DNA of 64,000 bases from Octopus sinensis (Eukaryota): the NCBI RefSeq assembly GCF_006345805.1, contig NC_043018.1, forward strand, positions 7,750,001 through 7,814,000. Reading direction: 5' to 3'. A program made the position numbers and the translations under genes. Under the pieces are notes generated by a model. That model had not been told where the DNA came from. It made no database searches and worked only from the letters and a program-made list of their open reading frames with translations. Shown here piece by piece: positions 13,303 to 25,520 of the stretch (the first letter of the stretch is position 1; each line of letters opens with the position of its first letter).

Positions 13303-13737
13303 GGATCTTTTCGGTTTGAACGGCAGTTTTTTAAAATAATTTCCACCTAACTAAACACTTTTAAACTTTGTATACTGGTAAAATGTGTTTATAAAACATC
13401 TTTTTCTCTTGGCTTTATAGAGAAAATTCTATAGTTTGTAAGATATTTGTTGGTTTTTTTTTCTTCAATTTCTGCAATTTCAACCAATCACTGACGTCTA
13501 TTGAGGTAAAAAAAACATTCTGTGCCGTATGAATATGTCCCTCATTTAAGAAACAGATTGGGTTTATTTACAATTCTGAAGAAAAAAAGATACCCTTCCC
13601 CCCACCCTAACTAACTCTAACTAACCCTAACTCTAAAACAGATTGAAATGCAATAGATCAATACTAGGGTCATAATTATGGGTGACAATTTCATATGACA
13701 CCGCTAGAAAAAACTGCCGCTCAAACTGAAAAGATCC
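13303..13737. mobile_element. hAT-like MITE (GGATCTTTTCGG family)
   Basis: TIRs present; AGATTATC on both sides (right copy offset by 1 nt); internal CCCTAA-like repeats. Confidence 0.85.
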
Positions 13738-14260
13738 AAGATTATCAAATGTATTCCTTATTTATTCACATTGTTCTGAATTAATTATGCAGAATCTCAT
13801 AGCTCCAAGACTTTGATGATGTGATTGCTTTTTGTTTTCTAGACTGACATTGGGTATGTAGGTGAGTCCAGATATGACCGGTCTGAGCATAAAACAGGTA
13901 GAATATGCAGGCCAGACAAGGCCAGTTTAAATGCCAAAGTGTTATGGTACAAAAAAAAAAAAAAGAGAGACAGTAGGCAATGGAGCTCAATAAGCCTAGT
14001 ACTTATTCTATCAGTCTCTTTTGCTGAACTGCTAAGTTACAGGGACATAAACACACCAGCACCAGTTGATGGGGGGAACAAACACAGACACACAAATACA
14101 TAGAGAGAGAGAGAAGAGAGAACAGGTGAGATATGTACACACACAAAAGGTGTCAGGTGCTATGTGCTATGGATAGACCATGGTTAAAACCCAGATTCCA
14201 TAATGATACAAATGAGGAGTCCAGCGTGCATCAAGTATTAGCATGTATATATATATATAC

Positions 14261-14657
14261 GTGTGGTAAGTAGCTTGCTAACCAACCACATGGTTCCGGG
14301 TTCAGTCCCACTGCGTGGCATCTTGGGCAAGTGTCTTCTACTATAGCCCCAGGCCAACCAATGCCTTGTGAGTGGATTTGGTAGACGGAAACTGAAAGAA
14401 GCCTGTCGTATATATGTATATATATGTATGTATGTGTGTGTATGTGTTTGTGTGTCTGTGTTTGTCTCCCTAGCATTGCTTGACAACCGATGCTGGTGTG
14501 TTTACGTCCCCATCACTTAGCGGTTCGGCAAAAGAGACCGATAGAATAAGTACTAGGCTTACAAAGAATAAGTCCCGGGGTTGATTTGCTCGACTAAAAG
14601 GCGGTGCTCCAGCATGGCCGCAGTCAAATGACTGAAACAAGTAAAAGAGTAAAGAGT
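14261..14657 (+). mobile_element. SINE family A
   Basis: Near full-length copy, 5' end slightly truncated. Confidence 0.85.
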
Positions 14658-15139
14658 ATATATAAATTGACAGAATGAGATAAAAAATCCAAGACTGTAA
14701 ATAGTTTTCAAAACACTTATAAATGTTCTGAAAACTATATATATATAATCAATTAACCCAAATATGCATATGCTCCACATTAAGTAGTAACCTAATTTTC
14801 CTATTGTCACTAATAGATAAACAAAAATGTCACACACACACACACACAAAGCTAATTCAGTACAGTAGTTTCTTAATCCTATTTTCTTTTCCTATCCCAC
14901 CCAGCAATTGTCTCCTTCTTAGATACTTGCGATCTAGTGACACCAATGTTAAATTTTAGACACGGTTGTGTGCTAAGAACTTTGCTTCCCAACCACATGG
15001 TTCCAACTTCAGTCCCACTGCGTAGCACCTTAGTTAAGTGTGTTCTACTATAGCCTCAGGTGATCAAAGCCTTGTCAAAGGACTTGGTGGATGGAAACTG
15101 AAAGAAGCCATTTTTATTTATTTATATATATATATATAT

Positions 15140-15470
15140 CATTTAACGTCCGTTTTCCATGCTAGCATGGGTTTGACTGGGGTCTGGGAAGCCAGGAGGC
15201 TGCACCAGGCTCCGGTCTGATCTGGCAGTGTTTCTACAGCTGGATGCCCTTCCTAACACCAACCAGTCCGTGAATGTAGTGGGTGCTTTTTACGTGCCAC
15301 CAACACAGGTGCCAGGCGATGCTGACAACAGCCACGATCGGTTGGTGCTTTTTACGTGCCACCAGCACGGAAAGCAGTCAAGGCAGCGCTGGCATCGGCC
15401 ACGTTCGGATGGTACTTTTACATGCCACTGGCACAGGTATTACAACTACAATTTCCATTTGATTTTTGAT
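15140..15470 (-). mobile_element. Family C (GAT)n-tailed repeat
   Basis: TTTAACGTCCGTTTTCCATGCTAGC...CTGGATGCCCTTCCTAAC. Confidence 0.75.
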
Positions 15471-15505
15471 GTTGATATATATATATATATATATATATAT
15501 ATTGC

Positions 15506-15836
15506 GGAGACCCCCTTCAGTCATAACTGACCATGGGATTGCACCTAGAAAGTTACCCTCCCAGGCACAAGTCCAGTCAAGGTTGTTTATGGAAGACCAG
15601 CGGTCGCCCATGCATACCGGCCTCCCCTCTCCACACCACCAGTGTTATCCAAGGGAAAGGCCGAAACAGCTTGGCACCTGTGATGTCGCAACTCATTTTT
15701 ACAGCTGATTGAACTGGAGCAACGTGAAATAAAGTGTCTTGCTCAAGAACACAACATGCAGCTCGGTCCAGGATTCGAACTCACAACCTCACAATTGTAA
15801 GCTCGACGCTCTAACCACTGAGCCATGTACCTTCAC
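15506..15836 (-). mobile_element. tRNA-derived SINE family D
   Basis: Minus strand: GGCTCAGTGGTTAGAGCG A-box, GAGTTCGAATCC B-box, TTCTTGAGCAAGACACTTTATTTCAC body. Other copies at 18775, 42345, 59005 and 59904. Confidence 0.85.
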
Positions 15837-16311
15837 ACACACACACACACACACTTATATATATATTTATTACAGTAATATCAGTGACTGCTAGACTGAG
15901 GGAATTTCTCTCCATGGTAACTGCTGTGAATTTGCCTTTGGCAGTTGAAATATGTCACAAATTTTAAGTAACCTAAAGTTCACGTGTGTGTGTGTGTGTT
16001 CTCCAACACTGCTTCACAACCAGTAGTGGTGTGTTATGTCCTCATAATTTAGCAGGTCAATGAATGAGACAGCATAAGTACTGGGTTAATTCATTCAACT
16101 AAAACCCTTGAAGGTGGTCACCCAGCACGGCTGCAGCCTAATGACCGAAACAAAATAAAAGCTAAATTTCTAAAGAAGGCTAGGACTTATATAGTGAAAT
16201 TATTGTGGGACTGAACTCACAACCAAGTGGCTGCAAAGCAAGCGTGCTAACCACACAGCCAAGTTTGCGCCTATGAGAAAAACACCAAAAAAAAAAAGGA
16301 TTGTACGATAA

Positions 16312-16469
16312 CAGGAGTGGCTGTGTGGTAAGTAGCTTGCTTACCAACCACACAGTTCCGGGTTCAGTCCCACTGCGTGGCACCTTGGGCAAGTGTCTTC
16401 TACTATAGTCTCGGGCCGACCAAAGCCTTGTTAGTGGATTTGGTAGACGGAAACTGAAAGAAGCCCGTC

Positions 16470-16501
<32 letters not shown>

Positions 16502-16710
16502 GTGTATGTGTGTGTGTGTTTGAGTGTCTGTGTGTCTCTCCAACATCGCTTGACAACCGATGGTGTGTTTACGTCCCCGTTACTTAGCGGTTCGGCAAAA
16601 GAAACCGATAGGATAAGTACTGGGCTTACAAAGAATAAGTCCTGGGGGTCGATTTGCTCGACTAAAAGGCGGTGCTCCAGCATGGCCGCAGTCAAATGAC
16701 TGAAACAAGT
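16312..16710 (+). mobile_element. SINE family A, full length
   Basis: Same structure as the other family A copies. Confidence 0.85.
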
Positions 16711-17566
16711 GAGAGAGAAAGAGAGAAAGAAAGAACAGTTTGAACCCTTTCTTTTGATCACAGATCTACTGCAGCATTTCACAGCGAGGAAAGCCTATGA
16801 AGATATGAAACGAAGGCAGAGAAAATTAGTGTATTTAATGAAATTAAGGTTTTAAGCTTTTTTTCAAAAGCTTGTCAGGCGACATAAGCAAAGCAAGAAG
16901 CATTATAAATGGAAGTCTTCGTCAATAACGAAGGGAACAAAAAAATTTGATAATTACCGAGGGGGCGGACAGTGGGGAGCAGTGCTGCTATTAGTCAGTT
17001 TGGGAGCTGCTGGTTTATTGGGTCAGTATGACACAGGGCTAAATAACAAACACTAACATCAACGTTACTCTCCTTTTGGTCGAATCACGTCAGTGGAGTC
17101 TTTTTTTTTTCACTTGTCCGTTGACTGTGGCCATGCTACAGCACTGCCTTCAAAGGTTCTTTTAGTCAAACAAATCAACACCAGAACTTTGTTTTTTTTG
17201 TTTTTTTTTAAGTGTGGTACTTATTCTATCAACCTTTTGCGAAACGGCTAAGTTATACAGATGTAAAACAATCATCAACTGTCAAGCAATGTGGGGGAGG
17301 GGCACAAACACACACACAATATACATACATATATACATACATATATAAAAATCAATGAAATTCCAGTCTGATTTTCATGTTTTATTATTCACAATTTTAC
17401 AATATTATAATAACAGAATATTAAATATATATATATATATATATATATATCACTGTGACTGACCAGGCTATCAGATGTTACTACACATCACTAGTCACAA
17501 TACACTTTCGCATTGTTTTAGCCTTCAAATAACGCCACCCCGCTGGCTAAGCGAGCAGGCCAATAT

Positions 17567-17620
<54 letters not shown>

Positions 17621-17624
<4 letters not shown>

Positions 17625-18068
17625 TGATGCATATATGCCATTTGAATATGGCTAACCCATAAGGGTGGATGCTACTGTAGTTTGTAGCCCCAGGAAGATA
17701 TCTCCTCCAGCTGGCTATAGACACACTATCTGTGTCCTGTCAGTATTTGTGAAGAGGAGTCATCCTCCCCGTCTTCAACACATGATACACACGTACCCGA
17801 GTTTCAAGGTGTTTACCTTTCATCAGCGTGTGACAATCATGGTTGTCGATGAGAAGTCAGATCCCTTCACAAATACATATACTTTTTCCAGTGTCGATTG
17901 ACACTGATATTGAAAAAGTGAAATCAAACAATGATAAATCTCAGAGCGAGTTATAAACAGTAGCGGTAACACATCGTGATGCATATATGCCATTTGAATA
18001 TGGCTAACCCATAAGGGTGGATGCTACTGTAGTTTGTAGCCCCAGGAAGATATCTCCTCCAGCTGGCT
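17621..18068 (-). mobile_element. Retrozyme- or PLE-pLTR-like element: 352-bp monomer with 96-bp direct terminal repeat
   Basis: 17621-17716 is repeated at 17973-18068; the element abuts (TA)n and contains a hammerhead motif. Confidence 0.75.
17788..17832 (-). ncRNA. Type I minimal hammerhead ribozyme
   Basis: Minus strand reads CACACG-CTGATGA-AAGGT-AAAC-ACCTT-GAAA-C-TCGG-GTA-CGTGTG: perfect 6-bp stem I, 5-bp stem II and intact core. Predicted cleavage between 17794 and 17793. Confidence 0.85.
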
Positions 18069-18297
18069 TTAGACAGTACATTCATGCATTACATGATCAT
18101 CAAGTTTATTATTATTATTATTTAGTAGTAGTAGTAGTAGCAGCAGCAGTAGTAGTAGTGGTGACAGTTGTGTTCCACAACTGACAACTGATGTTCTACA
18201 GTTGTCAACTGTGGAACACGACTGTCACTACATAAACCTGATGGTGATTTCATAACACATGAAAGCACCAGTTTTATCGCAAATATATAATATTCTA

Positions 18298-18563
18298 GCG
18301 TGGAAGGTGTTTATAAGCCATTTAAGAAACACACAAAAGCCGTTCGATTCACTCCAACATTTACGTTTAATTTGTCAAAATATTTTCGTCGCTAAAATCC
18401 GCGACCTGTTCACTGACAAAGTCCGTGTTGCAGCACGGACTTTGTCAGTGAACAGGTCGCGGATTTTAGCGACGAAAATATTTTGACAAATTAAACGTAA
18501 ATGTTGGAGTGAATCGAACGGCTTTTGTGTGTTTCTTAAATGGCTTATAAACACCTTCCACGC
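18298..18563. repeat. 266-bp near-perfect palindrome
   Basis: Arms GCGTGGAAGGTG...GTCCGTG and their reverse complement, centred on TGCA at 18429-18432. I see one mismatch, next to the centre. Confidence 0.95.
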
Positions 18564-19051
18564 TGCAATTGTTTTCCTTTCAGCACAAGATCTCAGATCA
18601 AATTACTTGCTATGCGAGTACATCTCCGTAAATATAATATTCTATTATCATGATATTGTAAAATTGTAAATAATAAAATGTGAAAAAAAAAATCAGACTA
18701 TGCTGGAATTTCATTGATTAATATATATACTTTTATACACAATCATACATATATATATATATATATGTAAGGGTAAAGACCCCCTTCGGTCATGAATGAC
18801 CATGGGATTGCACCTAGAGTTACTCTCTGAGGCACAAGTCCGGGCAAGGTTGTTTATGGAAGACCAGCAGTCGCCCATGCATACCGGCCTCCCCTCTCCA
18901 CGCCACCAGTGTTTTCCAAGGGAAAGACAAAGGTCGATACAGCTTGGCACCAGTGACGTCGCAACTCATTTCTACAGCTGAGTGAACTGGAGCAACGTGA
19001 AATAAAGTGCCTTGCATATATATATGTATATATATATATATATATATATAG

Positions 19052-19077
<26 letters not shown>

Positions 19078-19082
<5 letters not shown>

Positions 19083-19390
19083 CGTGATCACGTGACCGAC
19101 CAGACCATCAGATGTTACTACACATTGCTGGTCACAATGCGCTTCACATTGTTTTAGCCGTAAATGATGCCACCCCGCTGGTTAAGCGAGCAGGCCAACA
19201 GAAGAAAGAGTGAGAGAAAGTTGTGGCGAAAGAGTACAGCAGGGATCACCACCACCCTCTGCCAGAGCCTCGTGGAGCTTTAGGTGTTTTAGCTCAATAA
19301 ACACAACGCCCGGTCTGGGAATCGAAACCGCGATCCTAAGACTGCGAATCCGCTGCCCAAACCACCGGGCCATTCATTGTGCCTCCACAT
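19078..19390 (-). mobile_element. tRNA-derived SINE family E
   Basis: Minus strand: GGCCCGGTGGTTTGGGCAGCGG...GGTTTCGATTCCCAGACC head. Partial copy at about 17450-17560. Confidence 0.75.
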
Positions 19391-20057
19391 ATATGTGTGT
19401 GTGTGTATGTGTGTGTATAAAGTATATAAAGTGGCAAATATTTTTAGAAATTTCACCACCAGTGGCCTAGCACGTGTAAAAAGTCAATAGACAACATATT
19501 CTCAATATAAAATTACCTGTTAAAGGTAGTTTTCTCTTGTGTTTAAGTGTACACTATTTTATATTGAGTATATATATATGTATGTGTATGTATATAGTAA
19601 TAAGTACAAGTAAGATCTGAGCAGGATGTAGAAGGTATAAAAGACAACCTTCAGGAACAATAGTGGTTTATTGACATTGAAGATTGTTAAGTTTTTCCTG
19701 TTTCAAAGTCTGATAAGCTGAAAACATGTTTTATAGCTTTCGGTTAGCTACAGGGGTTGCTGTGTATGCATGCATATATAAGGGAGAGAGGTGGGGGATA
19801 AGACACTCTAAAGGGGTCAGGCCATATCCAGGCTATGACCCTTGTCTACCCTTTTGCTGACACTTGGTTAGCCACTTGGATATTGGAAACTTGTGCATTT
19901 TAGCCAATCTGGGGAAATAGTGCAAAGACGTTTGTCCAAGGTGCCATGCAGTGGGACTGAACCCAAGACCACATTGTTAGGAAGCAAGGTCCTAAACTAC
20001 CCAACCACCCTGCTCCTATTATCCAGAACTAAATTATTTGCTCTAACATATATATAT

Positions 20058-20356
20058 GACTTGACTTGACAGCATACACCTGGGGTGGGTTGAGCTGGCT
20101 TCATTCATCCTCAATGCTGCATCTCTCACAAACGCCGACCAGGCCTGGCAATTTGAGGCTAACGACCGCGTGATCTCCAACCACTCCTTATTCCAGTGGC
20201 GAACGCCGTAGATATGGGGGCCTAGGTTGGGTTCCAGATCAGCCTTGACTGTCATCAGCCAGGTTTTTCGTTGTCCACCACATTGCTTTCGCCAACCCTG
20301 AAGAGGAGCTTGGGCAATTGTTTCGTAGATGAATTCTCCTGGTTGACGATGGAGGG
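20058..20356 (-). mobile_element. RTE-type LINE 3' end
   Basis: GWRKQCGGQRKTWLMTVKADL...W..FVRD; (CAAGT)n tail; inserted in CATATATATAT on both sides. Confidence 0.8.
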
Positions 20357-20397
20357 CATATATATATATTGAATTAATATATAAGTTCCATTCTAGC

Positions 20398-20446
20398 AAA
20401 AACTGTCTGATGAACGGCAACGAGAAACTCAGAGTAACAGATTTTG
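20398..20446 (+). ncRNA. Minimal type I hammerhead motif
   Basis: CTGT-CTGATGA-A-CG-GCAA-CG-A-GAAA-C-TCAGA-GTA-ACAG. The closing pair of stem II is mismatched. Confidence 0.65.
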
Positions 20447-21349
20447 TTGAATTTTCTGCTGCTTAAAATAAAGTATATATATATATATATATATGCTAAA
20501 ACCTTCATTATTCATTAACATGCAATGGCAGGTCATGAAAACTTTAAATATATATTAATTATATATGTAGGCGCATGTTCCAGGTTCAGTCTCACTGTGT
20601 GTCACCTTGAGTGGCTTCTACTATAGCCTCAGGTCAACCAAAGCCTTGTGAGTGGATTTGGTAGGTGGAAACTTAAAGAAGTCCGTTGTATACATATGTA
20701 TATGTTTGTGTGTCTGTGTTTGTCCCCCACCACCACCATCACTTGACAACCGATGTTGGTGTGTTTATGTCCCTGTAACTTAGCAGTTCGGCAAAAGGGT
20801 CTGATAGGATAAGTACCAGGCTTACAAAGAGTAAGTCCTGGGGTCGATTTGTTCGACTAAAGGCAGTGCCCCAGTATGGCCACAGTCAAATGACTGAAAC
20901 AAGTAAAAGAATAAAAGAAATATAATCATCATCATCATCACCATCATTTCATATCCACCTTCCATGCTGGCATGGGTCGGACAGTTTGACAGGAGCTGGT
21001 CAAGCAGAAGACTGCACCAGACTTCTGTGTCTGTTTTGGCATAGTTCTTACAGCTGGATGTCTTTCCAAACACCAAATACTTTGCAGATCAATATATAAA
21101 TATGTTAATATTGTAAAAAAAAAAAAATTTATATAATTTGGTGCTGGTGCCACATTAAAAAGCACTGGTGATGGTACAATGTCAAAAGCACCCAGTACAC
21201 TCTGTAAAGTGGTTGGTAGTAGGAAGGGCATCCAGCTGTAGAAACCATGCCAAAACAGTCTAGGTTACCCATGTGGCTCCTGGGTTTGGCAGCTGATGTT
21301 AAGGTGTCCAACCCATGCCAGCATGGAAAATGGATATTAAATGAGATTA

Positions 21350-21387
<38 letters not shown>

Positions 21388-22076
21388 TAATGTAGGATAA
21401 AACGTTTTTCGAAAAAAATTATTTTCCAAAAAAAATTTTATCAATGGCCAGCATATTAAAAAATACCTTTAACGGTTAAATCTATAAACAATTCATAGAT
21501 AAGGGCAAACGAAAAAATTTCTAATGCCCTTATCTATGAATTGTTTATATATATATATATATATATATGTATATAGATAATAGATCAGGATTCAAATGAA
21601 TCAAGCACTTAAATGATAAGGTAACCACCTACCCTTGCATGACTTTTTCTCCTATAGTACTACCAAACTGAACAAATTCATTCTATGACCAGCAAGGGTC
21701 ATAGAATCATGAAGGTACACTTGCTGTTGGCAGAAATCAAGGAGGTACAAAAAACTACGGTGGTCCTGGCTGGAATGCCTTTTAGCCATGTGTCAGCTCA
21801 ATCAAGGCCGATTTGATATTTAAACAACTATATTTTGTCAAATGCATTCACATGTGTACACTCACACATGCATTTTATCATAGAAGTCTTTATTGGTAAA
21901 ATTGATACGGTTGAACATTTTGTAAGGAAAGGATTAAAATTCAGAGATGGAAGAAATGGATAAAAGCAGTTATTTAATTCAAATTCTGAAAACATTCCTG
22001 ACAATGAGATCTTAAGACCTTTTTTTTTTTTATTTCTCCCATCAAACATAGGAGAATGACAATATATATATATATA

Positions 22077-23357
22077 TCAGGTCATTAAGAATGAAATGTG
22101 TCCAATTTTGAACTGAAAGTTTTTTTTTACTTTATCTCAACAATATAGTTCATCAAAGTATGCACCTAAATTATCAACACAATTTTGCCATTTTATCGGC
22201 AGCTTATTTATGCTGGCAGCAAAGAATTCTGGAGAGCAAGAGGTGATGAAATTACAAGAGGCTGTTTTTGCATCTTCTTCAGATTTGAAGTTTTTTCCTT
22301 GCAAAAAATTGTCTAATGCCTGGGAAACATAATAGTCAGTTGGTGGAAGATCTGGTGAATATGGTGGATGACAGAGTACTTCCAAGTTCAGTTCCTGTAA
22401 CTTGAGTAGCGTTGTTTGTGCAACATGTGGTCAAGCATTGTCTTGCAAGAGAATTGTCCAGTCTCTTTTGACCGCTCTCGGTTACTGAATTGCAAGTTCC
22501 CTCATCATTTCATCCAACTGGTTGATGTATAATACAGCTGCTGTAATTGACTTACCAGGTCTCATGAAACTGGATGGCATCAGTGCTGTACCACTAAGCA
22601 GACACCATTAACATTTTTTTTAGTGAATATTCATTTTTGGGTTGTGTTTTGGCACTTTTTCTCTATCCAACCACCATGCAGAGCACTTGCTATTGTTGAA
22701 AAGAATCCATTTTTCATTACATGTAATAATACAACACAAAAGTGGTTCGCTTTTATGCTGTGACAGCAAAGAACAGCAAGTATCAAGATGATGTGTCATT
22801 TGATGCTCATTCAGTTTGTGTGGTACCCACTCATCCAGCTTCTTTACTCTGCTGATTTGTTTCAGATGGTCCAATACAGTTGGAATCGAAACATCAAACC
22901 TCGTCGATAACTCATGCCTAGTTTGAAATGTATCCACTTCCACTACAGTTTCCAGCTCATCATTATCCACCTTGGTCCCAGGTCTACCACAGGGCTGATT
23001 TTCAAGAGTAAAGTCACCAGACCGGAACTTCTCAAACCATCAACGTACAGTGCGCTCCTTTGCCACATCTTCACTAAACATCTCATTGGTGTTTCGAACT
23101 GTCTGGGATGCATTGGTTCCACGACGGAACTCATATCCATAAACAACACAAATTTTTTATCTCTCCATGGGTTTACAAAAATTGATTTACAAGAGAAAAC
23201 TCACAATATAATCAGACACCATTAATTGCATTTCGAAAAGTGATGATGTAACTCTTCAATGTTGTAAAACATAGAATTGTCAGGATAAAACATTAGAGTT
23301 AATGAATGCCAAACTTGGTTCATAAGGATATTGGACATTTCATTCTTAATGACCTGA
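22077..23357 (-). mobile_element. Full-length degenerate mariner (DD34D) transposon
   Basis: About 30-bp TIRs TCAGGTCATTAAGAATGAAATG at both ends; 1.28 kb; broken transposase with WVPHKL, ITCNEKW and HPPYSPDLPPTDY motifs. Confidence 0.92.
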
Positions 23358-23689
23358 GATGTGTGTGTGTGTGTGTGTATTCTTATATATTCTTTCACTT
23401 GTTTCAGTCATTTGCATGAGTACTACCTGCTCCTCCAACAAACTTGAGGCAAAACAAGAAACTGTTCACATTTCAAACAATAAAATTCTAGGTTTAAACT
23501 CATAATGTTCCCTATATAGGTTACTACAATTTACAGCCCCACCCTTAAAGCCTTTGCCAGTCCAAAACATTTTCACTTGTTTGTCCTCAATGCCCATGCT
23601 TGCTTTAAGACCTTTAATCAGGCCTTGTTCTGAGTAATATAAAGCTTTTCTAAGTCCAAAGTTACTCTGGTAGTTGAAAAAAATTGAGA

Positions 23690-23915
23690 ATGTGTGTTAG
23701 ATATGATGCATAGATGCCAGGGGAAATATGTCCTGTGTATCACATTGGATACAAAAGAACAGGAAAAACTGGGAATGTGTATCAGATATGATGTGTAGAT
23801 GTCAGGGAAATATGTCCTGTGTATCACATTGGATACAAAAGAACAGGCAAAACTGGGAATGTGTATCAGATATGATGCATGGATGCCAGGGTAAATATGT
23901 CCTGTATATCACATG
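23690..23915. repeat. Tandem repeat, ~84-bp unit x ~2.6
   Basis: GAATGTGTATCAGATATGATG...GGAAATATGTCCTGTGTATCACATTGGATACAAAAGAACAGG repeated. Confidence 0.9.
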
Positions 23916-24992
23916 ATATGCAGCAAGACAGGCAAATGGTTAAATATTCCAAATGAAGCAATAAGATGAAAAGAGTTCTCTTTCCATTAGAAAATAAAAT
24001 TGGAAATAGTTCAAAAACATCATAGAGAACTGGAGAGAGATTGACAGAATCGTTAGCATGTTAGACAAATGTGTTGTGGTATTTTATCCAGCTCTTTATA
24101 TTAGGACCCCAAATCCTACCAGTGTCTCCTTTGCTTTCATCTGTCATGATCATCAACCCCTGGACATTTGACTTTTAGCACTCAATATAAGTAAACAACA
24201 TTCCTTCTGATTGGGAAGCCAGTCTGCTGCAGTGTTACTCATTTACAGCTGAATGGACTGGAGCTATGTGGAATGAAGTGTCTTGCTCAAGAACACAATG
24301 CATCGCCTGGTCCAGGAACTGAAATCACAATCTTATGATCATGACTCCACAACCTAACCACTGAGCCACATGCTGCCAGTAAAAGGATACAAGTCCTTCC
24401 TGGGTCATAGAGACTCATAGGGCTGGTTTCCTGGTTTCTCTGACATATATATATATTCCCCCTGGATGGGACGCTAGTCCATTGCAGGATTACTCCTTTT
24501 TGCCAGTTGAGTGGACTGGAGTAATGTGAAATGAAGTGTTTTGTTCAAGAATGCAACACACAGTCCGGTCCAGGAATTGAAACCATGATACTGCAATCAT
24601 GAGTACAATAGCCTAACCACCAGACCACATGCTTCCACCTTCCATTCATTCATACAGTAAAATAAAGTACCAGTGTCAAGTACTAGTGTCAATTTGACTG
24701 CTGATTTGTACCAACATGTCATGGTCAGGCACAAGCTCAAAAGTACAATAGAGTCTGCAGATGGGCAGTGGGGCAGTGGGGGGGGGTGTATCTAGCAACA
24801 AATTAAGTGAATTAGGAGTTTAGGACAATGCTGTGTATTATTTGTCACATCCTGTATGAAGTCCTATTAATTCATTTATTTATACTCTTCCTTCCTCTCT
24901 CTCTCTCTCAACAAAAGTTATTAAATGAGATAAAGCCAAAGAAAAACAATGCGTTTATACATGTATGTGTGTGCGTGTGTGTGTACACATAT

Positions 24993-25390
24993 AGGTGCAG
25001 GAGTGGCTGTGTGGTAAGTACCTTGCTAACCAACCACATGGTTCCGGGTTCAGTCCCACTGCGTGGCACCTTGGGCAAGTGTCTTCTACTATAGCCTCGG
25101 GCCGACCAAAGCCTTGTGAGTGGATTTGGTAGACGGAAACTGAAAGAAGCCTGTCGTATATATGTATATATATATATATGTATGTGTGTGTGTTTGTGTG
25201 TCTGTGTTTGTTCCCCTAGCATTAACCGATGCTGGTGTGTTTACATCCCCGTCACTTAGAGGTTCGGCGAAAAGAGACCGATAGAATAAGTACTGGGCTT
25301 ACAAAAAGAATAAGTCCCGGGGTTGAGTTGCTCGACTAAAGGCGGTGCTCCAGCATGGCCGCAGTCAAATGACTGAAACGAATAAAAGAG
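24993..25390 (+). mobile_element. SINE family A, full length
   Basis: Same structure as the other family A copies. Confidence 0.85.
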
Positions 25391-25520
25391 TATATACAAA
25401 AATGTGCAATGTCACAGATCTTTTATATATATATACATATATATTCAATATGTGACCGCGTGTGTATCGCTGGTGATTGTTTCCTCCGTCTTCCCTTCTT
25501 TGGATCTTTCCTTTTCCTAT

